Assembly: GCA_052327205.1 (NCBI GenBank)
Contig: CM126230.1
Location: 24,800,001 to 24,864,000 of the forward strand
DNA from: Somniosus microcephalus
Lineage: Eukaryota
Direction: 5' to 3'
DNA length: 64,000 nt
In this document: positions 24,651 to 37,284 of the stretch, one piece after another
How the letters are laid out: each line of letters begins with the position of its first letter
How positions within the stretch are numbered: the stretch's first letter is position 1
The notes under the pieces: generated by a model
Seen by the model: only the letters and a program-made list of their open reading frames with translations
Told to the model about the DNA's origin: nothing
The model's database searches: none
Made by a program: the position numbers and the translations under genes

Positions 24651-25150
24651 ATAGAAACATAGCAGATAGGAGCAGGAGTAGGCCATTCGGCCCCTCGAGC
24701 CTGCTCTGCCATTCAATGCGATCATGGCTGATCATCCAAATTCAGTACCCGGTCCCTGCTTTCTCCCCATACCCCTTGATCCCTTTAGCCTTAAGAAATA
24801 TATCCAACTCTTTCTTGAATATATTTAATGTATTGGCCTCTACTGCCTTCTGTGGTAGAGAATTCCACAGGTTCACCACTCTCTGGGTGAAGAAATTCCT
24901 CCTCATTTCTGTCCTAAATGGCTTACCCTTTATCCTTAGACTGTGACCCCTGGTTCTGGACTCCCCGACCATCGGGAACATCCTTCCTGCATCTAGTCTG
25001 TCCAGTCCTGTCAGAATTTTATAAGTTTCAATGAGATCCCCTCTCATTCTTCTAAACTCCAGCGAGTACAAGCCCAATCGACCCAATCTCTCCTCATACA
25101 TCATTCCTGCCATCCCAGGTATCAGCCTGGTGAATCTTCGCTGAACTCCT
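24651..25150 (-). mobile_element. CR1 LINE 3' fragment inserted in an older CR1 relic
   Basis: ORF 24742-25113. The flanks at 24553-24650 and 25150-25260 are a degraded CR1 3' end on the plus strand. Confidence 0.93.
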
Positions 25151-25388
25151 GATGGTGAGATTGTAGGATATCTCTAGTTAGATTGTAGGATATCTCTAGT
25201 TAGGTGAACTAAGATGGGCTGATTGGCCTCCCTCACCCATAGTTACCTTGTGATGTTACCTACAAACTACCCTACTTTATGATCATTCCAAGAAGGACAG
25301 CAAGCTCCATCCTTTTGGAGGCCACCAAGAGGAAGATCAAGAGCAAGGGATGGGAATAACGGGATGGAATTAGTTATGTTGAGACTAT

Positions 25389-27148
25389 GGCCGCGATTTT
25401 ACTTACCTCGGCGGGTCAGTGGCAGGTCCCAATCCCGCTGCTGGCTCCATCCTGCTGTCTAAAATTACTTTCCGTTGATGGGGCTTGTTAAGCCTGCCCA
25501 GCACGTTACCCAGCCCAATTAGAGGAAGCAGATCTGGTGACGTCATTTTATGACGCGTCACCAGCCGGTTTCCTTAAAGGGACCATAGCCAACTTTGTCT
25601 TGACATTTGTGCTGTCAGTGTTTGACAGCATTGAGGTGCTGCAAACACTGGCAATCACTGCACAAAGGCACAGAGCTGCACCCAGGATCTCCCATGACTC
25701 ACTCCATATGCTTATGGAGGGAGTCACAGCACACAGGGAGGTCCTCTTCCCTTCCCATAGGCAGAAGAGATCTTCCCAGGAGATCAACACAGTCTGGTTG
25801 CCCATTGCAGAGGAGGGCAGAAGCAGTGATGTCATCAGGAGGACCTGGGTGCAGTGCCACAAACGTTTCAATTATCTCAGTAGATCACGAAACATTAGTA
25901 CAAAACCACACTCAACCTCATCCTGCTGTGCCTCTCATCACATCCCCATCACTCTGCCTTCCCTACCCTACTCCTGCACATCCTTACTCACACCAACTTA
26001 CCTTGCACCTCCACCCATCCCTCTCTATCTATATTATCACATCCCCATCTCACTAGTCACCCCTCACACTCACCCTCATCCTAGTGCAATCATACCAACT
26101 AACAACACACAAGGGTAGGCAATTGGGTGTTTTATGCAATGTTCATGTGAAGTTTCTGTTAATGTGCTGTCAAACATTGAAACCTTTATTTTCAACAATT
26201 TGCGTTCTTGGACAGATTTGTGTGCATGTTTGGAAGTGGCTTAGTGAGTTGCAGTGAATGGTGAGACATAACGGTACCCCCCGCAATGGTGATGAGTGTG
26301 AAAGGAATGGCTTGGACATTGTAGGGATGCTTTATGGTGTTGGTGTGGGGCAGTGCCAACCTGGCAGATCATGTGGCAGCCAGGGTGTACAGCGTCAAGT
26401 GAAGTAACTCTGGCCATGGTGAGGCCAACCCGGGCCTCCCAGGCAGCAATGTGGTCGGGTGCTGAGGCCCTCTCTCCTGTGCAGCATCAGTTGATTGCGG
26501 AGAAGGTTGGTGTTGTTGTCGGTGCTGCTGGTGTGTCTGGTGCTGCTGGTGTTGGGGCTGATCATGGTCAGATTCTGAGGACCAAAGTGAGACAATATAC
26601 AGGGCATCCATGTTGATGGAATAGATGGCAGGTGAAGTAGAGATGACAGAAGCGATCTGTCAATGGTGAGAGAGTTCTTCCAAAGAGGTGAGTGTTGTTG
26701 GAGAGTGGAAAGTGGAAAGCCTGCAGAATGAGTTCTGGAAATGGAGTGAGAAAAAGCTTCTGCCTGAGGAAAGTGAATATCAGTCCGGTGGGAGCTTTTA
26801 CTGTACATTTGAAGCTGTCAGTAATTAGCTGGAGCAATGACCACTGAATTCACACCTCAGCTTGACAGCTGTGGTCTGCGCACAGCGGGGATCCCATGGT
26901 CATGAAGTTAAAGACAAAAGGTAAGTGAAAAAAGGCTGTTAAGCATCTGGCAACTAGCCGCTAATCATTTTAATTAGGTCCCCGGTCGCTGCCGGTCGGG
27001 TCTGCTCAGCGTTGACAGACCCAACATTTGGAAAGGCGCGTGGTGGGGGGTTCACAGCGGGGTCCCGGCCCACTGTAAAAAAAAAAAACACTTTCCCACC
27101 CGACCCACCACCGATCCCACCCACTGACCCCCCCGGAAAATCCCGGCC
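25389..27148. mobile_element. Internally deleted Harbinger relic with Myb/SANT remnant
   Basis: TIR GGCCGCGATTTT...AAAATCCCGGCC, TSD TAT/TAT; APRISHDSLHMLMEGV...WLPIAEE...RRTWVQCHKRFNYL. Confidence 0.88.
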
Positions 27149-27600
27149 TATGAGACATCAAACAGATTATCCATCTTTAGGGCCATATTGAGAAACAACT
27201 TATCTAAGTCTAGAAATTACAACCATGAAATATTAGTAAACAAAAGCTTAATGTGTTCATATGGCATTCCTCTATCTGCTATCCTAGTGGAGGCATTAAC
27301 CCATTTAAAGTAAATGGACTAACAGCTACTTTAAATTAGGAAATGGAGGAATATAATGGAGTCCTACAAGGATATACTGATCAATCCAAATGAAAAGTAA
27401 ATAGGTATTATGGTTGTACAGGGAACCTATTAAACACCAATCAATCTACTAAATATAGGAAAGACTGGGCAAGCAATATCAGTTATTATGTGGGATATTT
27501 TTTCCTCTGGGTTTAAAGTGTAATGAATAGAGAGACATTAGTAAACAGGTAATGGAGACTAGTAGTTAGCGAAATGGACCATAAATCCAAGTTCTACCAT

Positions 27601-28018
27601 TACAACAACAACAACCTGTATTTATATAGTGCCTTTAACGTAGTAAAACGTCCCAAGGCGCCGCACAGGAGTATTTTAAGACAAAAAAAAAATTGACACC
27701 GATCCACATAAGGATAAATTAGGGCAGGTGACCAAAAGCTTGGTCAAAGAGGTGGGTTTTAAGGAGCGTCTTAAAGGAGGAAAGAGAGGTAGAGAGATGG
27801 AGAGGTTTAGGCAGGGAATTCCAGAGCTTAGGGCCCAGGTAACAGAAGGCACAGCCACCAAAGGTGGAGCGATTATAATCAGGGATGCTCAAGAGGGCAG
27901 AATTAGAGGAGCGCAGATATCTCGGGGGGGTTGTGGGGCTGGAGGAGATTACAGAGATAGGGAGGGGCGAGGCCATGGAGGGATTTGAAAACAAGGATGA
28001 GAATTTTGAAATCAAAGC
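27601..28018 (-). mobile_element. L2 LINE 3' fragment
   Basis: AFCYLGPKLWNSLP...FKTLLKTHLF; (ttg)n tail. Confidence 0.9.
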
Positions 28019-28139
28019 GCTGTGTTTACTCCGTGTCTTACATGCAGTATAAAAATGCACGCTAAGGTCTTGTTAAAGATCAATCCTGATGACATTGTGC
28101 AGCCTTGAGTAGAGGGGATTAATAGTGTTGGTAATAGTG

Positions 28140-28822
28140 TTGAGCTGAGCTTCCGACCCCATATCCTCTCCATCACCAAGACCACCAACTTCCACCCCTT
28201 AACATTGCCCGTCTCAGGTCAGCACTATTAGCTGCTGAAACCCTCATCCATGTCTTTGTTACCTCTAGACTCGACTATTCCGATGCTTTCCTGATCGGAT
28301 ACCCATGTTGCACCCTGTGAGCTCATCCAAAACTCTGCTGCCCATATCCTAACTCTCACCAAGTCCCGTTCACCTATCACCCCTGTGCTTGCTGACCTAC
28401 ATTGTGTCCTGGTCTACTAACGTCTCAATTTTTAAATTCTCATCCTTGTCTTCAAATCCATCCATGGCCTCGCCCCTCCTTAGCTCTGTAACCTCCTGCA
28501 GCCCTTCGACCATCCAAGATCTCTGCGCTCCTCCTATTCTGGCCTCTTGTGCATCGCCAATTTTCAACACTCCACCATTGGTGGCCGTGCCTTCAGCTGC
28601 CTAGACCCTAAAGTCTGGAATTCCCTCCCTAAACCTCTCCGCCTCTCTCTCCTCCTTTAAGACACTCCTTGAAACCTACCTCTTTGAACAAACATTTAGC
28701 CATCTGTCCTAATATCTCTGCATGTGACTCGTGTCAGATTTTCTTTGATAATGCTCCTGTGAAGCACCTTGGGACATTTTACTATGTTAAAGGTACTATA
28801 TAAATAAAAATTGTTGTTGTTT
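28140..28822 (+). mobile_element. L2 LINE 3' fragment
   Basis: Degenerate AETLIHVFVTSRLDY...LIQNSAA...SPITPVLADL; ttgttgttg tail. Confidence 0.9.
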
Positions 28823-30159
28823 TTGGTTAAGAAAATGCTTAGAAAATATTGTGGAATCCTGTTAACATGCTTTTCAGCATTTCCAATACCAACACTATTA
28901 TCTCTTAGAAAGCAGCAACCATTGGTTTCAACCTTATCCAACAGGTTACAAGCCTTTTTAGATTTTTGACCAAATGCTCATTCCAAAATCAACACCACAG
29001 AAATAAAGGTTACCTTTGCATTCGTAAAACTTATAGAACAGGATGTGCTGGGAAATTCTAAAAGCCTCAATTTGATCTGATAAGGCTAATGTTGACAATG
29101 TTTTCCACGTACAGCATTTCCAGCAGCTATGATGCCTGAAGCTGTGTTGTTATTGAATTGTCTAAAATACACACACTGTCAGCACAATACAATTACACTT
29201 CAAAGTACATGCATTGAGTTGCGGACAGTATCCACTTATGGAGATCCATACATTTGGGTAACATTACTCATTAACAGAGCCATCATCATTCCTTGCAGGC
29301 GACTTAGGTCAGATGATGCATAGCCCTTGTGGCGGGGTTTAAGGACCTGTCCAATCGTTGTTTGGTCCCAGGGTCCCGCCAACTGCACAAGTGGCTTTAT
29401 TAAACCATTGGAAAAATGTTCCAACTTTCATTTTCACTATTGTCAATTTAAAAAAATAACACAATGCATGTCTCCAATCAGGTTCATTGAATGAACCAAT
29501 TTAATAAGTTCTTGCATACTTTAGCTTTTACAGATTAATCACTAAATTGGTCAAGAAAAATCACATAAAAAGAAAACGTACATTTTGTATCCTATTTTGT
29601 GCCGTAAAATTGTGCAACCATTTGAATTGAATGGTGCCAATATACCAGCCACATCGTTTCCAGTACATTATAGACAAAGACACAGCTTCCTATCCATAAT
29701 ATCTCAAAGCATTTCTAGACAGAGAGATCGCAGGACGAAAAATGTGTTTAAATTTATTGGACATTCAACCAATCTACAACATCAATTTGGATGTAATAGA
29801 AAAATAATTGTCTCCCTAAGACCTTTCCTAACATTGAAATATCCCATGATTAACATGTCCCACTTGCCCCTGAGTACTTGATCTACTTGAGCTAGTGATC
29901 AATAGCATTTGTTAAACATTATTTATCCCTTCGATACTTATTTCTCCAAATTGTTTCCCCCTTCCCCTCTATCACATCCTCTCTCACCCATAGTGCTACT
30001 CCTCCACCTGGCTACTCAAGTTGTTCCTTGCAAATCATTCTCTGCCCTCTGAGCGTCAGTATAATTACCAGCTAAATATACCTGTAATCACAATAGGTCA
30101 TTCCTGATGCTTCTTGCATTAGGATAGGATTGAGCTGAACTCCACTATCTACCGCAACT

Positions 30160-30530
30160 TCATAGAAACATACAGCACAGAAGGAGGCCATTCGCCATGC
30201 GCGCCTGTGCCGGCTCTTTGAAAGAGCTCTCCAATTAGTCCCACTCCTCCTGCTCTTTCCCCTTGGCCCTGCCACACAACACGATGGAGGGTGTCCTCAG
30301 TGTGAAGACAGGACTTTTTTGTCTCCACAAGGACTGTGCGGTGGTCACTGCTACCAATACTGTCATGGACAGATGCATCTGTGACAGGTAGATTGGTGAG
30401 GACGAGGTCAAGTAGGTTTTTCCCTCGTGTTGGTTCTCTCACCACCTGCTGCAGGTCCAGTCTGGCAGCTGTGTCCTTCAGGACTCGGCCAGCTCGGTCA
30501 GTTGTGGTGCTCCCGAGCCACTCTTGCTAC
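30160..30530 (-). mobile_element. CR1-type 3' tail (30160-30272) next to a LINE AP-endonuclease fragment (30272-30530)
   Basis: EPTRGKNLLDLVLTN...SIGSSDHRTV is the APE C-terminal SDH motif. Confidence 0.8.
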
Positions 30531-31412
30531 TCTCAGTGCTTCTTCCAGTACTGATTCATCAGCTGAGGTTTGTGGTAATCAGCAGGAGGTTTCTTTGCCC
30601 AAGTCTTTCTAATATGCACAGAGATTTTAACAAAAGCAGAGCAACAAATTCAGGAGGCTGCCTGTACCTAGCAGTTACAAAGATTCAAGGAGATTTGATA
30701 AATACCGATAATCTACCTCCACTTGTACTGGGGAGCTAAGAAGGAGCAGATAGATTGAAGGACTTAATCAGACAGTCCCATTCTTCAATCAGTCCATCTA
30801 TCCTCAGTTCCCTGGTACAGTACACACAGGCATCCATTATTGCTTAATTATAACAGTATAAGACATAGAATGTAATAAAAATTATTAAAGTGATAAATGA
30901 TACCATTAAAATATTCATTATATGCAGTGTACTCCATTCACATCACACTCTATTCAGTTAATAAAAGTGTCCTAACATCGTTTAGTGCAAAGCTAGATTG
31001 ATCACATTTGTCTTTTCGATGCAGTCCTTAACACTGCCGTGAGCTAAAAGCTTCTCCGGAGAGCTGCAGTGTTTGAGGTCACCTTATTAAAAAGAACAAA
31101 GTTATATTCCTGCAGTAATTGCATTAAGGGCATCCCTGGTAGTTTAATGCTACATTTCCCAGTCCTTTCAAAAGCTTTTAATAGCAGTTTTAGATCTTTT
31201 TGAAGACCAGCTCAGTGCCATAATGAAGAGCAATGAAGTCTACCAGAGCTCGGAGCAGAATGATAACTCAGTTCTCATGTAATATAGTGTGGCCTTTTTA
31301 GTCTACACATGAGATTCAGGGCCCTATTTTGTATTCAGCAGCATCAAAGGTGGCATTGGTAAAAAGAAAAATCAATCTTACATATATTTTTGCGCTAGGG
31401 CTAATTCCACTG

Positions 31413-31627
31413 TGTGGTAAACCACTGTTTGTATTCCACTGTGTACATGCCTGGACATGCCTCGGCTGACTCCTCCCACAAGTCCTAGTATAAAGGTGAC
31501 TGCTCCCCAGCCCTTTGTATTTCTGGACCGGTCGACCACTCGAGGCAGACCTTCATTCTTTTGTTAATAAAAGCCTTTAGTTACTCTCTTAACTCTCAGT
31601 CTTTTATGAGTAATTGATAGCGCATCA
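31413..31627 (+). repeat. 5' LTR (215 bp) with TATAAA (~31488) and AATAAA (31566)
   Basis: Matches the 3' LTR by eye except for a 2-bp indel near the start. Confidence 0.97.
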
Positions 31628-31650
31628 ATTTTATTAACAAAATTTTTATA

Positions 31651-34600
31651 ATGGAGAAGATCCTCACACCAGCATGCCTGGACTTAGATCATCGGGAGGC
31701 AGACTCATCCACCAAGTTTACTCACTGGCTTAAGTGTTTCGAAAAATTCCTGACCGCCTCCGCAGCAATCAAATCGGACGAGGACAAACTGGATGTCCTG
31801 ACCTCCAAAGTGAACCACCGAGTGTACTCGATCATCCAAGACGCGACCTCGTACGCGGACGCTATCAAGCTCCTCAAGGACCAGCACACGCGCCCAGTGA
31901 ACGAAGTGTACGCCAGGCACCTTCTGGGGAGTCGTAAACAACAACCTGGGGAATCGACCGTGGAATACCTTCAGGCACTGTCTGTGCTTGGCCGGGCCTG
32001 TGGTTGTAAGGATGTAAAGGCCGCCGTGTACACAGAGGAACTTATCCGGGACGCTTTTGTAGCGGGCCACAGATCCAATTACACCCGACAGCGACTGTTG
32101 GAGCAGAGTGACCTCGACCTCAACAAAGCCTCTGAACTCGCACTATCATTGGATGCAGCCTACCAGGGCATGGATGCCTACTCCTCTGCACCGTGGACGC
32201 CGCGGGGAATGACAGCCTGGGACACGGTAGGACCGCCTCATAGCGCCGTGCCACCCCAGCCACACCCCAGCAACGGCCCAACTACCGCAGCAGTGTCCCA
32301 AGGCCAGACAGCAGTGCCCCAAGGCCAGAAATGCTACTTCTGTGGCCAGGCAAAACACCCCAGAGTGCGCTGCCCGGCGAAAAACGTGACCTGCTCGGGC
32401 TGCGGGAAGAAGGAACACTACGCTAACGTCTGCAGGGCCAAAGCCACCCCGAACCCCAGCAGCGCCGCGTGTGGGCCATGCGGGCCGCCATCTTGGGCCT
32501 CCCCGGCCATGGGCGAACCACCGGTACAGCAGCCATTTTGGACGCCTCCAGCCACATGGGGATCATGGACGCCGCCATCTTGGACGACAGCCGGAACGCA
32601 GCAGGCCCCCAACACCGCCTCATCTGATACCCGCAGCGACACACCGACCCCTACGCTGGCATCCGTTACACTGGACCAAGCGAGACCGCACCAGCTGGCC
32701 AGTTCCACAATGGACATTAAGGTAAATGGCCACGATACAATCTGCCTTTTTGACTCTGGGAGCACGGAGAGCTTCATCCACCCCGACACGGTGCGGCGTT
32801 GCTCTCTCCCAGTCCTGCCTGCGCACCAGCGGATTTCTATGGCCTCCGAGTCCCAGTCGGTGGACATCGGCGGCTACTGCGTAGTGACACTCGTAGTAGA
32901 CGGGACCGTGTACGATCATTTTAAACTTCTGGTCCTGCCCGACCTCTGCGCTGCCGTCCTGCTGGGGTTAGATTTTCAGTGCCACCTTAAAAGTGTTACG
33001 ATGGCGTACGGTGGACCCCTACCCCCACTCACAGTCCGCAGCCAGCAGCTCCCAAATTGCCCGCCGCGCACCAGGTGCAACCTCTCCACACTCAGAGTCA
33101 CCCCCCCCCCACTGTTTGCTAACCTCACCCCCGACTGTAAGCCCATCGCCACAAAGAGCAGGCGATACAGTGCCGGGGACAGGGTTTTCATTAAAACCGA
33201 AGTGGAGCGGCTCCTGAAGGAAGGGATTATTGAGGGCAGCACCAGCCCCTGGCGAGCCCAGGTTGTGGTCGTTAAGACCGGCGAGAAGCAGCGGCTGGTC
33301 ATCGACTACAGCCAGACAATAAATCGCTACACCCTGCTGGACGCCTACCCACTCCCCCGCATAGCTGATATGGTCAACCAGATCGCGCAGTACCGCGTCT
33401 TCTCGACCATTGACCTGAAATCAGCGTACCACCAGCTCCCTATCCGCCCTGAGGACCGCCAGTATACTGCCTTTGAGGCAAACGGCCGCCTCTACCACTT
33501 CCTTAGGGTTCCCTTTGGCGTCAAAGGGAGATGGACCGGATGGTAGATCAAAATGCGTTGCAGGCCACTTTCCCATATCTGGACAATGTGACCATCTGCG
33601 GCCGTGACTTGCAGGACCATGACGCAAACCTCGAAAAATTCCTCCGCACCGCCCAACTCCTGAACCTGACATATAACAAGGAGAAGTGCATATTCCGCAC
33701 AAACCGCCTCGCCATCCTTGGCTGTGTTGTGGAACACGGAGTCATCGGCCCCGACCCCGACCGGATGCGTCCCCTTATGGAACTCCCACTGCCTCAAGGC
33801 CCTGAAGAGGTGCCTAGGGTTTTTCTCCTATTATGCCCAGTGGGTCCCCTACTATGCGGACAAGGCCCATCCGCTGATCAAGTCCACCTCTTTTCCCTTG
33901 ATGGCAGAGGCCCGCTTAGCCTTCCACCGTATCAAGGAAGACATTGCCAAAGCCACCATGCACGCAGTGGACGAATCCATCCCCTTCCAGGTGGAAAGCG
34001 ACGCGTCCGACTTTGCCCTGGCCGCTACCCTCAATCAGGCGGGGAGACCCGTGGCCTTCTTTTCACGAACCCTCCAAGGCCCGGAGACCAGACACTCCGC
34101 TGTTGAGAAGGAGGCCCAGGCGATTGTGGAGGCTGTGCGTCATTGGAGGCACTACCTGGCCGGAAAACGATTTACCCTGCTCACTGACCAGCGTTCAGTT
34201 GCTTTCATGTTTAACAACAAGCAGAGGGGCAAAATCAAAAATGACAAGATCTTGAGGTGGAGAATCGAACTTTCCACCTACAATTACGAGATCTTGTACC
34301 GGCCCGGGAAGCTCAATGAACCCCCGGATGCGCTATCGCGTGGCACCTGCGCCAGCGCGCAGATCGATAGACTGTGGGCCCTCCACAATGACCTCTGCCA
34401 CCCGGGGGTCACCAGGTTCTTCCACTTCATCAAGGCCCGCAACCTGCCTTACTCTATTGAGGAGGTCAGGACCATGACCAGGAACTGCCAAGTCTGCGCT
34501 GAGTGCAAACCGCACTTTTATAGACCAGACAGGGCCCACCTGATAAAAGCCACTCGCCCCTTCGAGCGCCTGAGCGTTGATTTTAAAGGGCCTCTCCCCT

Positions 34601-35408
34601 CCTCCGACCGCAATGTGTACTTCCTCAATATTATTGATGAGTACTCCCGTTTCCCGTTCGCCATCCCCTGCCCGGACATGACCAGTGCCACGGTCATTAA
34701 ATGTCTGAACGACCTCTTCACCCTGTTCGGTTTCCCCAGCTATATCCATAGCGACCGGGGCTCATCGTTTATGAGCGACGAACTCCGTCAGTACCTGCTA
34801 ACTAGGGGTATTGCCACAAGCAGGACCACCAGTTACAACCCCCGGGGGAACGGACAGGTGGAAAGAGAAAATGCGACAGTTTGGAAGGCCGCCCTGCTAG
34901 CCTTAAAGTCTAGGGGCCTTCCAACCTCCCGCTGGCAGGATGTGCTCCCCGATGCGCTCCACTCTATTCGGTCACTGCTCTGCACTGCCACTAACGCCAC
35001 CCCTCATGAGAAAATGTTTGTCTTCCCAAGGAAGTCCACATCGGGGACATCGCTACCGCCATGGCTGACGTCCCCAGGGCCGGTCCTACTGAGAAGGCAC
35101 GTGGGACGCATAAAACGGACCCCCTGGTCGAGAGGGTCGACCTCCTCCACGCCAACCCCCAGTATGCTTACATTGCATACCCGGACGGGCAGGAGGACAC
35201 AGTCTCCATAAGAGACCTTGCACCCTCGGGGGCCGCAGTAACCCACTACTCACTACCACCCCCCCCCACGATCCGATATCCAGCCCCAGCAGACGGCAGG
35301 CCTGGGCCCCGCGACCCGCTCGACATCTACGAGGACGACACGCCTGTGCCACAGCCTACGCAGGACTCGACGCCGGAAGCTCCACTACCCCTGCCGTCGC
35401 CACGCTGA
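31651..35408 (+). pseudogene. Fused gag-pol polyprotein with three frame breaks (~33525, ~33790, ~35110)
   Basis: Two CCHC knuckles (CYFCGQAKHPRVRC, CSGCGKKEHYANVC), protease LFDSGS, RT IDLKSAYHQ...PFG...YLDN, RNase H ESDASDFAL...EKEAQAIV, integrase HHCC plus VDFKG...HSDRG...GQVER. Confidence 0.93.
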
Positions 35409-35501
35409 TCACAGCGGCAGACAAGACCTCCGGAGAGACTCCAATACACTAACTTTTAATACACTTCACCCCGCCGGACTCAATTTTAAACAAGGGGTGA
35501 A

Positions 35502-35714
35502 TGTGGTAAACCAGTTTGTATTCCACTGTGTACATGCCTGGACATGCCTCGGCTGACTCCTCCCACAAGTCCTAGTATAAAGGTGACTGCTCCCCAGCCC
35601 TTTGTATTTCTGGACCGGTCGACCACTCGAGGCAGACCTTCATTCTTTTGTTAATAAAAGCCTTTAGTTACTCTCTTAACTCTCAGTCTTTTATGAGTAA
35701 TTGATAGCGCATCA
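35502..35714 (+). repeat. 3' LTR (213 bp)
   Basis: See 5' LTR. Confidence 0.97.
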
Positions 35715-35967
35715 CACTGTAGTTCTTTGGGGGTGAGGAACAACCACTGACCTCAACGTCACTGAGCTGGTGGCAGCGTTTAATCCAATAAGGATTCCTA
35801 CTCCTGATTGCCAACAGCAACTTCTGCTAGAAATGAGTATGCCAGGGCATCCGAGTGCAAACAGGGTAAACTTTAATTGTGATTCCCCTCTCCCAGGCTC
35901 AAATAGCCTGCCAGCACTTGGTGCCCACCTTGTGGAGAGTTCCCCTGTAGGCAAGGTGATGAACAGT

Positions 35968-36440
35968 TCATACGGCACAGAAGGAGGCCTTTCGGCCCAT
36001 CTTGTCTGTGCTGGCCAAAAAAGAGCTCTCCAGCCTAATCCCACTTTCCAGCTCTTGGTCCGTAGCCCTGTAGGTTACGGCACTTCAAGTGCGTATCCAA
36101 GTACTTTTTAAATGCAATGAGGGTTTCTGCTTCTACCACCCTTTCAGGCAGTGAGTTCCAGACTCCCACCACCCTCTGGGTGAAAAGCATTCTCCTCAAC
36201 TCCCCTCTAATCCTCCTCTATCCAGGCCCCTCATAATTTAATACACCTCAATTAAATCTCCCCTCAGCCTCCTCTGTACCAAAGAAAACAACCCCAGCCT
36301 ATCCAATCTTTCCTCATCGCTAAAATTCTCCAGTCCTGGCAACATCCTCGTAAATCTCCTCTGTACCCTCTCCAGTGTGATCACGTCCTTCCTGTACTGT
36401 GGTGACCAGAACTGTACGCAGCACTCTAGCTGTGGCCTGG
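35968..36440 (-). mobile_element. CR1 LINE 3' fragment, degraded
   Basis: Reverse complement matches the CR1 ORF2 end and tail seen in other copies. Confidence 0.85.
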
Positions 36441-36514
36441 TTAGTGCTAGAAGTTTAAAAAAAAAATCATTTTATAAAATTGGCACAAAAATGTGTTTTG
36501 TGATTAAGATCTAG

Positions 36515-37201
36515 GGCCTAGAAATTGGGTTTTGGCGCAGCAACGGCTTTAGCGCCGGAGGTTAGTGCCGGAGCTAAGTCGCGCTGGTCGGGCCAAAAAT
36601 TCACTACTTCTGCGCCCAAACAGCTGCCGGCGCTGCTGAAAGCTGTTAGCGCCTGAAAACTGGCGCTATGCGCTGAATTTCGACGCTATTCCGGCGCTGC
36701 GGCGCCCGCTGCGGTGCGGCAGGTTCGGGAAGTGCAGGCCTCCTCCTTCCCTTAAGGAGGACCTGCCTGCACCCGGCCGCGGCCCGCGATAATCTTATTA
36801 AAAATGAGCCCGGCACCTCGGACAAGTGCCGGGCTTGCTTCTGTTCCGGGGGGGGGGGGGGGGGAAGTCCGGGGAGGGAGCTGCGGCCAGGCGGGCGGCA
36901 GGAAAGCGGCCGGCCGCCGCGGGGCCTTTAATGCGCCGGCGCAAACTTGTGCAAGGCACCTCTGCCAGAACGTTGCTTGCGGCTGCCACGGGCGAGGCGG
37001 CCGCAAGTCAATTTCCCAGTTCGGGCGGGTTACCATGGCAACCGGGACGCTGCGCACACCGATGACGTCATCGGTGCCGGCGCAGCGCTACCGGTCTACC
37101 GCGGCGGAAGGGCCCCAGGCAATTTAGGCGCCGGCGCCAATTGCAGCGCTAGGCCCTCTAGCGCCGCAAAATCGGCGCTAAGGGCACTGAATTTCTAGGC
37201 C
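36515..37201. mobile_element. Harbinger-type GC-rich MITE, family B
   Basis: TIR GGCCTAGAAATT...AATTTCTAGGCC, TSD TAG/TAG. Inverted sister copy at 53919-54619. Confidence 0.92.
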
Positions 37202-37284
37202 TAGATGTTAGGGGTATAGATCCGTGTTGTACAATCAAACTGTTCAGTTAAAACAAAAATTGAGAAGAGTGCCCCTGACACCAC

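Larger units (their letters stand above)
31413..35714 (+). mobile_element. Full-length Gypsy/Ty3 LTR retrotransposon
   Basis: TG...CA LTRs at 31413-31627 and 35502-35714, 5-bp TSD CACTG, polypurine tract aaacaaggggtgaa before the 3' LTR, domain order gag-PR-RT-RH-IN. Confidence 0.98.

Noticed and set aside
29013-29161. Minus-strand exon-like segment
   Set aside because: There are stops in all three frames.
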